A DNA stretch of 63,427 bases, counting the filler, from Octopus bimaculoides (lineage: Eukaryota): NCBI RefSeq assembly GCF_001194135.2. It is 3 parts of 3 records of this genome, joined end to end, with 100 filler letters (N's around TTAATTAATTAA, not from the genome) between each part and the next. Parts side by side here need not be neighbours in the genome. Positions count along the whole stretch, not along the records: positions 18,407 to 50,085 come from NC_068984.1; 2 more parts are not named here. One strand, 5' to 3'. Each line of letters opens with the position of its first letter. The stretch's first letter is position 1. Below are positions 34,584 to 48,203 of this stretch, piece after piece. A program made the translations under genes and the position numbers. The notes under the pieces are model-generated. The model was not told where the DNA came from, ran no database searches, and saw nothing but the letters and a program-made list of their open reading frames with translations.

Positions 34584-37500
34584 GAAAAGGAGGCGTCTGT
34601 CTCCAAATCTTCAAAGTTGAGTAACGTTTTCATGCTTGGATTTGTAACCTACGATAAGAATAACACTGGTCACCAAAACATTTGTCCCAAGAAAAAGAAC
34701 ATCTGTATCTTATATGTTTTTGCATGCAGAATTCAAAAATAATGTCAAATTATCTGTACTAAGTTCACATATTCTATTCATCTTCATAATGCCAAGAAAT
34801 TTTATAAACATCGCAAACAACTTTTTCTATATATGAAAAATATGTAAAATATTAAGACAATTGACGAAAAATAGCAATAGCAAAATTCTAATTGATAAAT
34901 ATAAATTTTTATTAAAACAAAAATATGCGGTTGAAATTAATCTCGTAGTGTGAAGAATCAACATAACAATCGGGTGAAACACAACACGACGTACAGTTGT
35001 CATGGTAACAAGCTGTTAATGCCTCACTGTCTGTTGATTGGCTAAAATTACCCGAATTTCCTAACTTTAATTCCAAATAACATCAAATTCTTTAATTTAC
35101 GAGATAAAGTAATTGGTTGATCGTAATCAAACTTCAGAGTTGCATCGATGCACCAAAACTGATAGTAATCTAAGCAAAATTAAAGGGGGCTCATTTTACG
35201 AATGAAACAGACTAGATCCGCCATGTGTACGTGTACCTGTATTATAAAAAGTCTTTTTGAAAAACTATTTTTCTCAAGGTCTCCTATAACGCATATTTTT
35301 GTCATTTGGATTAATATATCGAAAGTTCATAAGATTTTATTAAAGAATTATGTGCACGTGCGTGTGGTGGGGGTGAACTGAAAGCCAATTTGAATAAAAT
35401 GGAAAATAATCTTAATATGTCAACGAAGCAGCGAAGGATTCTGATCAAAAGGGAGAAATTCCAACTTACATGGGACAGATAATCCCCCAAAAATGTCCAG
35501 CAATGTAACAATGAGCATTTTCCTTTGACCAAATAAATAATTTAGTTCCTATTAGCCTGAATGGAAGAACCCATCTGACTGACAAAGAATTTTGAAAGGG
35601 CTTTTATTTTTAGACTGAGGTCAAATGGTCAAATCCATTCAACCATGTGGTCAATCTTACCGACACCAGTTATAAAGAGAAGTATTTGAAAGTTGTATAT
35701 GTTGTCTTGTTGTTACTACTTCTATCGTTGTTATTGCCACACACTTTTGAAGCAGGAATTTTACGACTAGCTTCATCTTTCTTATTTATTTTTGAGCTTT
35801 GCTTTTGTTTTCAGAATATAACTTGAAGCAACTTTTACAGATCAATTTTTAGACACTATTTTCTGAACCTAGCAAAAGTATATGTAGGTAGCATAAGTCT
35901 GCTGGAGAAAATTTCTACATGTTTGAACGGCACACATTGAACGTATCATCCGAATTATTTAGTTCTTGCAAACAGGTCTTTAATTATTTTCAATTTATTT
36001 ATGTCGGGTTTCTACCAATAATAATTAACCTGGTATTTTGAGTCGTTATTTAATGTCAAATCAACACTTCTTTCTCAAATAAACAAGTCCTTTTTTCATC
36101 AAGTAGCTGTTGGTACTAATTTTTACTTGTAGCACATCATTATGTAAGTTCTGGTTGAAAAGGACTTAACAACTGATCTTGCAAGCCATGACTCTTTCGA
36201 CATTTTTTAAAGCATAATGTATGAAATACTATATTAGGCAATGGGTCATTACATATTTAAGGCGGCTAAGTTTCAGTTGAGAGAGAGAGTGATAGCGAAA
36301 GAAAGAGTCATTACTATTAACCCATCTACCTATCAAGTAAAGTCTGCTTCAAGTTTTCAGTATAACCTCCCAAAAGTAAATGCATCAATTTGATCTACCA
36401 AGTAGAGTTCCCTTTCTCTTGTTCTTTGTTGTGCACCTAGTGAGGCAAAAAACGGATATGATCCTCAAAAGTTCAGATTTTTATCAATAAACATAACACA
36501 GCGTCGATGATAGAGTGCGAACCACTAAAATTTTGGTTATTTTTCTAATACACTAGCTTATGTATCACTTTTACGCATGGTGAAATATGATTTTGTAATG
36601 TTTATTAAATTTTTGATAGCAATAACAGGAATGAAACATTTAGAATTGAGGACATCTGTGTCCTGTTTAATAAGCGCATATATGTGTTTGCCAATTATGT
36701 GTGTTCCTAATTTATGTGTTTCTTATGTGTTTGTCGTTGTTTGTGTGAGTTTAGCTGTGCTCACATATGCGTATAGTGGAAGAGAAAAAAAGCGAACATT
36801 GATTTTGTTTAATTAAACTCGATATTAATTGCGACTGCTTTTAGTATTTTTTCCTGTTTATGTTCTTGAGAGTGTTTCCAGATATATTCGACGCTCAAGA
36901 CAACAACTTATACAATAAAATAATAAATTATACGATAAAATATTAAATTATATAATAAAGCAATCTTCAAAACGAAAACAATGGAAATGAATTCACACAT
37001 AAAATTCGTCTGAACGAAGGATTTTGCAGCTAATTTTTGTATTAATCAATACAAGTATCTCCCCCTCTTAAAATGAGAGAAAAATTGCAAAATTTCTTAT
37101 TGTTTAAAACGAAGCAGCTGAAATCTATAACAATATGATTCAGTAAATTTTATCGAAAAATTATTTAAATTTTGAATTAAAGCATATATGATGTGCATAT
37201 GATTCAAAATTAGCTCTTCATTTGCTTCAGTAAAATAAAGATAGTCTAGCATGTAAAATTTACCAACATCTGGTAAACATTGTAGATTGATAAACAACGT
37301 CCAAATAAAAATCACTCCTACACATCAACACGATCTGACGTTCCACAGATCAAAGAGGCAGTACACATACAAGAAACAAAAATGTGAGTGTATATGTGTG
37401 CTGATGTGAATATACGTATATCTAGAAATAGGGTGAATTGATGCTCCATTATGTTGGATTTTAATGAAGAATGGAGTCATTTTTCGAAATATTCGTTATA

Positions 37501-38054
37501 TTTGTTAGATGTTGTTCGTCCATATCTATCGTAATAAGTGTCAGGAACATATCCGGTGTAGCTAATGGCGTTATATTAGGAAGAGACATGTTAGCCATGT
37601 AAAATACCGCGAATGAATGTCTGAATGCGGAACTCATAGCCATTCCACTTGCAGGATATATAGATTACCTCGTAGACGGTCAAAGGGAACCTCAGTTATG
37701 AAAACTAGCAGAAACCTTTAAGTAGGATTTTTGGTATAATGACAACTTTTATTGTACACTATAAGCACCCTTTATCCAAAACATATTTCGTTGGTGGGAC
37801 GATGGTGAAAAGACCTCCAATGTCTATGGTGAGAGTTCTGTCATGATTTTCAGTTTCCCCGCAAGCATGTATAGCAAACTATTTTCTGATGAATTCATCG
37901 TTTGTGACTATATAACAGCGGATCAAAGTCGTAAATGTTAAAAAAAGCTTACGAAGTATACACGGAGTATGTGTGGTGCGATAAACTACAAATAGATATG
38001 ATTACATGCATATGTTTGCATACGACTGACGTGAGTGCGTATATATACATACAC

Positions 38055-38097
<43 letters not shown>

Positions 38098-38179
38098 AGG
38101 AGAATTCACAAAAAAAAAGACGTAGACGGGTGGTGTTGAAAACAAATAGATGTGTTAGTATAACGCTCGGGAATTGAGA

Positions 38180-38220
38180 AAGTTTTTAACGTTTCGAGCC
38201 TACGCTCTTCTTCAGAAAGG
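38180..38220 (-). ncRNA. Minimal hammerhead-ribozyme-like motif (Penelope-type)
   Basis: Minus strand ttt-CTGAAGA-a-GAGC-gtag-GCTC-GAAA-cgtt-aaa: core boxes, 4-bp stem II and palindromic AACGTT stem III. Confidence 0.6.
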
Positions 38221-38285
38221 AACACGGAAAGAAACAAGGGGAGAAACAAGGACATAAAAAAATGTGTGTAGTGGTCAGCGATATA

Positions 38286-38823
38286 TACGAACATTTTGTT
38301 TTAGTTTATAAAAGAATTACAACTGATTTAAGTTTACTCAAACTCATAACTAATCAAATAATTGTTTATCTGCAGACGAAAACATACATACATACTTTGT
38401 GTGCGTGCGCGTGTTTTAGTGTGTGTGTGTTTGAGTATGGTTGTTCTTTTTTCTTTGTGATTATAACCGACCACCACTTGAATACATGCATTTAGTGAGA
38501 CAGAGGGCGGGAGAGAGAAAGATTAGGTATATTGCCTTTTAAGATTTACTAACAAAGTGGAGTGAACAACTTGCTTCAGTCTATATTTAGTTGGCATTTT
38601 TCAAATATTATTTCATATGTTAGTAAACTATAATCTAAATACGTATATACCAGGCTAAATTATTGTTTGGTGGCAAATGAAAAGTATTATGGCGGGTAGA
38701 TATACGTTGAACCTTATATGACATACGAACATTTTACTGTAGTTTTTAAAAAAATTACAACTGATTTAAGTTTATGCAAACTCATAACTAACCAAATAAC
38801 TGTTTGTATGCAGACAAAAGCAT
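38286..38823. repeat. Local about 100-bp direct duplication (38286-38385 / 38724-38823)
   Basis: tacgaacatttt..attacaactgatttaagttta..aaactcataactaa..gcagac occurs twice, 438 bp apart. Confidence 0.85.
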
Positions 38824-40214
38824 ATTTCTCCATAATATATTATTAGATTTTACTTACACTGAATCCCCTATGCATTCTCATAACAACAATCTTTTAAAAT
38901 TCAATACATTCGACGAAAATATCCATAAATTATCGAGAAATCTGTCTAGTAGAACTTACATTTTATTTAGCTTAACGAGCATTCCCTACAGGTTTGAAAG
39001 CAAACAAACAGTTCTTTCAAGTAAGAATTTTTTGAATTTTACATTTAATCTAACTTTTTCTTTTTCAATATTAATTGTAGATCGAACAAATTCTTCAAAT
39101 GTTTTTGTTCAAATATTATGAATCAGACGTTCTCATAACAGCAACACTAGAGCAGATGCTTCTAACCCAGAGAAACTATATTCCCTACGGTATATTTTCG
39201 CTTCTCTTTTGCAAATTTGAATTGGAGATTATAACTACGGTTTCCAGTGCATATAGTAAAACAACAACGTAACAGAACCAACTAGCCAAGCTCTCATCTC
39301 TCTTTTCTTTTTACTATAAAGTAGCTGATAAAATATTATTCAAAGGCCGTCCTACTTCGACATAATTCAACGATTGTCTCATTTGACTAATAAATTAATC
39401 CGCCTAACTTAGAATAGAAAGATCCTTACATGTGTATTATAGTTATCTTAACATGTTGGATTGCCTAGATGGTCACGTGGCTTGATGTGAAAGATGCATA
39501 ATGTTGCTTGTGGGCAGAGTTAATTAATTTTAAGATAATCATTTTGCCAGTCAATTTTATTATATACTTGAGTGTTACCCGTCATGTATATCAATACACA
39601 CACACACACACACACACATACACATGTATAGTTTTGCTACCATAGGTAATATCGGTGAAGATCACATACATGAAATCAATATTATTTCATTTTGATTAAA
39701 TTTCTTATCGCTTACAGAAAATGATGAAATTAATACTAATTTTTAAAAGGAAATTATTTATTACTTTAAAACAAAACAAAATAAAACGAACTTCTCATCT
39801 GTATAACTCCTCCCATAACTGCTGTTTCGTTTACTTCCCGGCTTCTCACAGTGAATTAGTAAATTTAGGGTTCCGTTATTCATTGTATGCTACCCCGCCT
39901 CATATGTTTACATATCTTACCCGTCTAATGATAACCTACTCTGTATTTTTCTTTTACACACACACACATTCTCTCTCACCCTTTCTCTCGATAGTACGTG
40001 AAATGTGTGTAGCCAACAATTATATCAGTTATGAATATGTAGAAATTACATAAAAACGGTTTCTTATTTAGGCACAAGACACCACTGTATCGCCTCAAAT
40101 CGGTATGTTTTCATCTATACCGAGCGATGAACGTAAATTTAAGCTACATACATGTATACATACGCGTGTGTGTATGTGTGTGTGTGTCTGCATGTGTATG
40201 TGTGTGTGTGTGTG

Positions 40215-40255
<41 letters not shown>

Positions 40256-40599
40256 ATGTAGATAGATAAATAATAACTTTAAAACAGCCCAATGAGTGAC
40301 ACTTTAAATCACTCGATTTGCAAGAAATAGTAGGCATATCTCTTCCAAATTAGACCGTAGTTTCCCAAGACTATGACAAACACTATAATGTAATCTGGGG
40401 TATTACACATAGGGAAAAATGATGAAATGCTCTGATGATATTTTTAATTTGTCAAGATCAACTTGGAATTAAGGAACAGCAACTACGTTACAAAGAACGT
40501 AATGAGTGTCACTGCATGAGTTTCATGCGGTCACCTTACGTAAGACATGTAAGGAAATTGTTAGAAACGTTAATGATTCAACGAGGAAGCCTAACACTA

Positions 40600-41030
40600 A
40601 CCATTCTGATGCTAGTATCCGTTAAAATATGACGAAAACGTTTCAGCATGGACACTCTTCTCAGGCAGCGAAGCCTGCGTTGGCTGGATCACGTCAAATG
40701 GAGGATGGCCACATCCTGAAGGTTATCCTCTCTGAAGAACCGGCATCTTGGAGAGTCATTGACCAGCAAAAGCTACTTTCAGACAGGTCTGCATGTGAAA
40801 TATGAAGGTGCTCTGTCTTAATACAAAATCCTTGGTGAGAGTTGCAGATGATTGATTGAAGTTTAGGGGTATCCTGAGCTGATATCTAAAGATGGGAGAA
40901 GCTAAACATTGCAGCGTGAAAGTAGGTATGGATGAAGGAGCACTGCAATACAAAAAAGCCGATGATCTCGTACAGCTGTGACCTCTGTAACAGAGTATGT
41001 CACTCCAGTCTAGCATTGGGCTTTACTGCC
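40600..41030 (+). mobile_element. RTE-clade LINE 3' remnant
   Basis: TLLRQRSLRWLDHV (LRWLGHV-like) and a downstream HSSLALG/HSRIGL-like segment. Confidence 0.6.
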
Positions 41031-41299
41031 AAAAGTGACGCTGCTTCTTAATAAAAGATATACATCAATGATGTAGCCCATGGTTAGATCATGACCAAAG
41101 AAGACCTATAATGATAACTGCTGTACAGTAGTACATACATAGTATTCAGATATACTATATCCAACATGTACCAATATGATACAGAAGACATAAGAGATCA
41201 GCAGAAGTAAAAATTGAGACGTAAGACAAAAATTGAACTCCAATTTATAATAAAGCAGATTTGCAATAACCAAAAACTATCTTTAAAGAATAGAATTAT

Positions 41300-42100
41300 C
41301 CACACTCAGAATAAGCGCTGAAAATATTTGAAAAAAAACAGAACTGAGCACATATAAAGTATATTTCTCATGAAAGCTGTACAAATACATCCACTACATG
41401 CACAATACGAGAGTCCTTATATCATGAAGGAGGATAACACTGGAGAATGACTACATGTATAAAGCACTCAACGCATAAGGATCATAATGCAACACGAAAT
41501 GATGGAAACAAAAGGAAGATAAAACAAAGGCAGATACAAAGATTTTAAAAATATGAAAAACTGACAATAGCGGCAACAACCGCAGAAGTGATCCTAAGAG
41601 AAATATCCTCCATGCCGTTACTTAAATATATATTCCACGCATGAAATAATACATATAATAAAAATAGTGATAATTATATGTCAAATAAGTACACTAATCG
41701 CTATGACAGTCTTCCAAAATAGTAGAAAATAAAGACATCGTCATTCTTTGAGACTTTAGTATTCAAATTGATCGAGCTATTCGGATCAATAGGCCATATA
41801 TTGTGGATGAAATAACATTAACATAGCGTGTTTGTTCATAGACATGTCAATCCCAGCAGAGTGCAACACTTCTGTCAATACATTTGAAGAGTTAAGTAAA
41901 TACAACGACCTTGAAGTAGAGGTCTCAACAATGGTGCATCTAAGAGCAACTGCACATATGATCATTAGGGCTTTGGAGATAATAAATGGCATCCTTAAAT
42001 ACTATGGTCAAATTCCAGGAAAACCAAAAGTATAAGAACTACAAAAAATTGTTCACATAGGAACTTACAGCATTAAAAAAAGTACTATCAACCTCAGAAT
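41300..42100 (+). mobile_element. R4/Dong-type LINE 3' remnant (restriction-like endonuclease)
   Basis: KIVENKDIVIL*DFSIQIDRAIRINRPYIV; FIDMSIP..ELSKYNDLEVEVSTM..IPGKPK. Confidence 0.75.
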
Positions 42101-42134
42101 ATCCGATTCTCTTTCAACATTTCTTTCAGGATCG

Positions 42135-42235
42135 CAAATATTAGCTTAGCGGTATTTCGTAACTATTGAGTCGATGTAATCGACTGCCCACTTCCCCCAA
42201 CATTTCAGGCCTTGTTCATATAACAGAAAGGAATT
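42135..42235 (+). mobile_element. SINE family A fragment
   Basis: gcttagcggtatttcgt joined to gtcgatgtaatcgactg..tttcaggccttg. Confidence 0.65.
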
Positions 42236-42430
42236 TGGTCTCTTACCCTTACAATATATTACTGCTAGTCAGTAAAACGTCCAGCTTGCTATTAATTGAG
42301 GTCTCTGAGTGAGACATGGAAAGCTCGTATAAAACAGAGCGACAACGACAACGACGACGACGACGATGTTGACGATGATGATGATGATGATGATGATGAT
42401 GATCATCATCATCATCATCATCATCATCAT

Positions 42431-43109
42431 AACAATAATCCTATCTTTATTAACCACTGAGGGCTCATATAAAAGACTGGGGACGGTACAGGACAACACA
42501 AAACGAGTGGAATTGGGGCGTGAATATAAAGAAAAACAATAAAAGTTATAACAATTAAAATCCCCCAAAGAGGGAGACTTCCAAGGGCTGCTCGCGGAAA
42601 CCTCACAAAAAAAAACATCACCCTGACTTCTAGGGCAAGTCCCATCTCCTTTTCATCTACCCTTGATCTAGAGCCGCATGTTTATAGCAGGCCCGTTCAC
42701 TCGTGCAATTTGCGCTACATTCACCCACCTATCAAACTATCAAAATTGCTGGGAAGCAGCACTTCCTTCACTTACCCTCACTTTCCTTTTCAAGTGGAAC
42801 TTGAAAAAATTAATGCGGGTTTGATTGATGACTGTGTAAATAAATTCGGAATTGATGCAGAGCAGTTTTTTGGGCTTGCTCTGCTCTCATGTCAATTCTG
42901 ATTTCTTTGACATATTTCTTGAATTTGGTTGTTAGTGCTCTGAGTGCCCCAATAAACTACTGGAATGACAGACACTCTCCTCATAGTTCACATTCTTGCA
43001 ATTTCGTGTTTTAGTTTCCCGTTCTTTCTACTACCAGAATCCTTGAGCGCTGACCTTGCCTTGAGAAGAAGCAATTCAACCTGTTCTATTTGTAATTACT
43101 GGTAGAGAA

Positions 43110-43110
<1 letters not shown>
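42431..43110 (-). mobile_element. R4/Dong-type LINE 3' end with UTR and (GAT)n tail
   Basis: Minus strand LKHEIARM*TMRRVSVIPVV/IGALRALTTKFKKYVKEIRIDMRAEQAQKTAL, then UTR with AATAAA. Confidence 0.75.
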
Positions 43111-43157
<47 letters not shown>

Positions 43158-43334
43158 NNNNNNNNNNNNNNNNNNNNNNNNNNNNNNNNNNNNNNNNNNN
43201 NNNNNNNNNNNNNNNNNNNNNNNNNNNNNNNNNNNNNNNNNNNNNNNNNNNNNNNNNNNNNNNNNNNNNNNNNNNNNNNNNNNNNNNNNNNNNNNNNNNN
43301 NNNNNNNNNNNNNNNTATATATATATATATATAT

Positions 43335-44150
43335 ATATATATTCTTTGGTTGTACCATGTCATCTTTGCTTTCTTTGCAACGAGGCGCTCTTTCGGTTCG
43401 TCCATTACCACGTTCAGGCCCTTTCTTTCAATATAATGGTTCCTTTTCAGTGCTCTGTATTTTTGTTCACTTTTAATCTCCCCTTCCCTTTTTGGTCTAA
43501 CACAGAAATGTCTTTCAAGAGCATATCTAACCCCGCCTGTATTCTTCTTTTCCACCATGGATCTTTTCTTTTGTCATTCCTATTATATTTCTTTTTCTTG
43601 ACATCAACACCCACATTTTCTGCTACAACGATACTTACTGCTTTGATCAAATTGTTTGTTTCTGTGATATGTTTTGTTCTGATGTAATTCAGAATTTCAT
43701 TGACATTTTTCGTTTCTTGGTTCAATTTCCACCGATCAATCTTTTTTAAGATTGCAAATAATGTCGCTATCTTTCTCCTGTAGCTTTGTCTTTATTCTGT
43801 CGTAGATTACCTTTTGCCCATCTGTCACGTCACCTTTAATTTTTTTTATTGTCTTCTTCCAAACCATATATATATATCTCATCGAGCATGCTATGCTATC
43901 ACTATTCCTTTCCTGTGGTTTATTAGAGATTTCACCTCTGTTTTCTGCAATGCGATTACTTTTATCAGTAGGAACTGTATTTTCATCGTTAGCTCTGTTG
44001 CTGTTTTCCAATACCCATCTTTTGATAGCTTCGAGCTCTGCTTCTGTGAACCAATGATGTTTTCTTATTGCTCTGGCTTGATCACATAATCTCTATTCCG
44101 TGAGTTGAAACAATCCTCTTTACATATGTTGTCGGTATCCTTAAGATGAA
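43335..44150 (-). mobile_element. R4/Dong-type LINE N-terminal remnant
   Basis: CDQARAIRKHHWFTEAELEAIKR; ITETNNLIKAVS; DPWWKRRIQ; KERLVAKKAKM. Confidence 0.65.
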
Positions 44151-44572
44151 CACCATTTTCGTCTACAGGGTTTCTCAGGTAGTTACACTCCATGTGTCAG
44201 GCCCCAATCCGTGTTATGGTGGTGATGACGTGCGCAAAGCTTGATCAGGCGGAAATTAAAGTCGCTCTATGCGCACGAAAAACTCCAAGTCAAGACGATC
44301 ACATATTTCTTGGCAGGTATCGTATATCGAGAATATTTAGTATATCCTTCTCGCTTGTAAAATATCATTGAAGCAAAGTTGGTTGCTATATCTATCAAAC
44401 TGCAAAACTGGTGGATGAATAATCACCTGGCTTGTATGTTGTGTATTTAAAATGCTTATATATAGTATATTTTAAGAAACGAGACAAATGAAATAAACTA
44501 TTTAGAGAGAGGTGGGAGAGAAAAAGAGGGTTCGGTAGATACATAATACGTAATATAAATGCATACAGATAG

Positions 44573-44578
<6 letters not shown>

Positions 44579-44649
<71 letters not shown>

Positions 44650-44660
44650 AGAGAGAGAGT
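44579..44660. repeat. (GA)n microsatellite
   Basis: Direct reading. Confidence 0.95.
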
Positions 44661-45249
44661 TTTTTGCAGAAAAAGTTGAGGAAAGAGGTGAAGATATGCC
44701 GATTAATAAATATTTGAAATATATTACTCCTGGAATTACTTCCGCATTACAGTCAATTAAATTAATTTAAGAAATGTAGTTAATCATTATATAATTATTA
44801 TATGGCTGACAATGTGTTAATGTGAGTCATAGAAATAGCTGTAGAGCAAAAGATATTTTTGAAATTAATTTTCTACTCGTTCTAAATTCTAAAATGAAAA
44901 TCCTTTCAAACACTTAAATATCAGTAATATCACATCTGGTATTGCTATTGCTTTGACGTATAATATATTGGAATTTAAACAATATGTTATGCGACTGAAT
45001 ACCAGAATCCTCTGGACACACAGGGTGCTGCAAACAATTTAGGTCTCACCATTCTTGGCGAACATTTTAACAGCAAACGCACGAAGTGCACTGGTATAAG
45101 TCATGATGGTAATTGAAGATAAAGATGATAAAGCATTAACAAGATAGACAACCTTATTATCTATTTAGCTTCATTATTTCCTGAATAATGCAAAGTACGT
45201 AAGGTCAGTATTCTTTTGTCATGTATGAGCACTTATTGAACTCGAAACG

Positions 45250-45420
45250 CCAGTGTTTTAATGGTGGCAGCTGATGAAGGATATGTTCTCTATGTGGGCT
45301 GCGTGTTTTTTGTAACTTGTTTATCATTTTGTCCATGTTTTTTGCAACGTCATGTACCCAGATATGTATCTATATGTACATGTAGATGAAGGTATGTACA
45401 TACATGTACATATATATGCA
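45250..45420. repeat. Unclassified interspersed repeat I
   Basis: Homologous to 14530-14700. Confidence 0.75.
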
Positions 45421-46386
45421 TATACGCATATATTGTGTGTATTCTAGCATGTATGTCTGCATGCACGTATGCATGGCATGGGTGATATTTATAGTTCACA
45501 ATGTCTGTAATTACATACGCACGTACGTATGTTTGTATATATGCATGCATGTATGTATGTATGAGTATGTGTGTATGTACATACATGCGTAGGAAGGTAA
45601 GCATGCATTAATATATGTACGGCACACCTTAATTACTCACTGATGTGGTCTATACATAGGTGATGGTATTAATAGTCCATAGTTAATGAACTATTTTAAA
45701 GCGAACTTTGAATCAGAGCATTATTTTATTTCCAATTTTACTTGTATAATGTTTTAATTACAAACGTCTAAGAACAATAATTAGAATTAAGAAAGTTATT
45801 AAAAACAATTACCTTCTTCGACATTGAAATAGACCTAAATGTTCTTCCTGCGAAATCATCATACGTCTGCAAATTGAGATTGATAATCAAACAACAACCC
45901 ACATAAGATAAACTAAACTTGCAGAAAATTAGAAGCAACGTATCACCATAGCGAGATGCACTGGGTCATCCCATAAATAATGCGGGTTTTTTTCAATTGA
46001 ATGAAGTAAAAGTCGGAGGGGGACGGGATAAACTAACAGCATCAACTTGCTAAAATTGCAGGAAGTAATTTTACCTTGTATTTTAACACTTATTTTTTCA
46101 AAGTTGTGATGGAACTGACACTAACACAAAACAATTACTGCAAAATTAAGTTACAAATTGTAACGTCTCACAGAAAAAAAAAACTGTCACAAAAATCTGG
46201 GGGTGGGGAAAAATTATCTCTGCTTATAAAGGTTTGCCAATGTCTAGTCAATTTGCTATAGTTTCACAGTTTTGGCTAATAACACCTAGCTTCCTCCGTT
46301 TTGACAATTGACTTCATCCTGACCTTACAGTGCAGCATAAAAAACTGTTTACCTGTTTAACTTCACATTATAATTTATAATTTCCT

Positions 46387-46429
<43 letters not shown>

Positions 46430-47084
46430 NNNNNNNNNNNNNNNNNNNNNNNNNNNNNNNNNNNNNNNNNNNNNNNNNNNNNNNNNNNNNNNNNNNNNNN
46501 NNNNNNNNNNNNNNNNNNNNNNNNNNNNNNNNNNNNNNNNNNNNNNNNNNNNNNNNNNNNNNNNNNNNNNNNNNNNNNNNNNNNNNNNNNNNNNNNNNNN
46601 NNNNNNNNNNNNNNNNNNNNNNNNNNNNNNNNNNNNNNNNNNNNNNNNNNNNNNNNNNNNNNNNNNNNNNNNNNNNNNNNNNNNNNNNNNNNNNNNNNNN
46701 NNNNNNNNNNNNNNNNNNNNNNNNNNNNNNNNNNNNNNNNNNNNNNNNNNNNNNNNNNNNNNNNNNNNNNNNNNNNNNNNNNNNNNNNNNNNNNNNNNNN
46801 NNNNNNNNNNNNNNNNNNNNNNNNNNNNNNNNNNNNNNNNNNNNNNNNNNNNNNNNNNNNNNNNNNNNNNNNNNNNNNNNNNNNNNNNNNNNNNNNNNNN
46901 NNNNNNNNNNNNNNNNNNNNNNNNNNNNNNNNNNNNNNNNNNNNNNNNNNNNNNTATATACTCATAAGGTACAGTGTATATCTAAATACACAAGAGGAAT
47001 CCACTCATGGGATTCCTTACGCTAGAAAGAACGGCTAGCTTCTACAACCACAAAATTAGGGATAAAAATCCCGAAAGGAACTCG

Positions 47085-47285
47085 CAGAAATGTTAGCACG
47101 CCGGGTGAAATGCTTAGCGGTATTTCGTCTGTCTTTGTGTTTTGAGTTCAAATTCCGTAGAGGTCAACTTTGCATTTCATCCTTTCGAGATCGATAAATC
47201 AAGTATCAGTTGGGTACTAGGTCGATCTAATCCACTGGCCCCCTCCCCCAGAATTTCGGGCCTTGTGCCTAGAGTAGAAAATATT
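47085..47285 (+). mobile_element. SINE family A
   Basis: gttagcacgccgggtgaaatgcttagcgg..gagttcaaattcc..ggccttgtgcctagagtagaaa. Confidence 0.88.
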
Positions 47286-47296
47286 TTGACCATGTA

Positions 47297-47505
47297 AGAC
47301 GGCGAGCTGGCAGAATCGTTAATAGGTTGGCCAAAATGCTTAGCTGCATTTCGTTCGTCTTTACGTTCTCCATTCAAATTCAGCAGATGTCCACTTTGCA
47401 TTTCATCCTTTCGAGGTCGATAAGATAAATACCAGTTGAACACTGGGGTTGTTGTAATCGACTAACTCTTTCCCCCGAAATTACTGGCCTTATGCCAAAT
47501 CAATG
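47297..47505 (+). mobile_element. SINE family A
   Basis: ggcgagctggcagaatcgtt..tttcatcctttcgaggtcgataa. Confidence 0.85.
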
Positions 47506-47625
47506 CTTTGAATATATATTAGTATAAATTTTTGATGCGAAGTTTTGAGTTAGATCACTTTATGGCAGATAATTTGCATCAGAGAAAGCGTAACCTCAGG
47601 CGAGTTGGTACGCCAGGGGTTAAGC

Positions 47626-47659
<34 letters not shown>

Positions 47660-48009
47660 TTACAAGCCAGAACAATTAAATGACTTCTGACAACCTAGTG
47701 ACGAAGTCTTTTTCATTTATTTAAAATACTCTTTGATGTATCAGATACTTGAGAAATAGCAGACGAGTCAGTTTTAATTAACTTTTGATCATCAAACTTT
47801 TAGTCATTATTTTATTCTTTTTTTCTTCTATTTCCGTCAGAGGCAATCCTCACGTTATGGCGTCTTCCCACTAGCATGTGCGATTATTTTCTGTAAATGA
47901 TATAAAAAAAATATCTTCATGTGGGCCATTAGCTTTTTGCTTTCCAGAAATTTCTCTCGTAGTTTTTGTTTTGTTTTGTTTTTTGTTTCTTTTGTCCTTT
48001 GAGGCCTAG

Positions 48010-48153
48010 ACTTGAATGTGGTAAGAAGCTTGCGTTCACACCACATAGTTTCGTTTTTTGATCCCACTGTGTAGCACTTTTAGCATGTGTTTTCTCCTAT
48101 AGCCCCAGACCGACCAAAGGCTTGTAGTAAGCAGAAACCGAAAGAAGCCTGTC

Positions 48154-48203
<50 letters not shown>

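Noticed and set aside
45961-45990. Mariner-like TIR ctgggtcatcccataaataatgc
   Set aside because: No partner TIR or convincing transposase peptide is visible before the gap; too weak to list.
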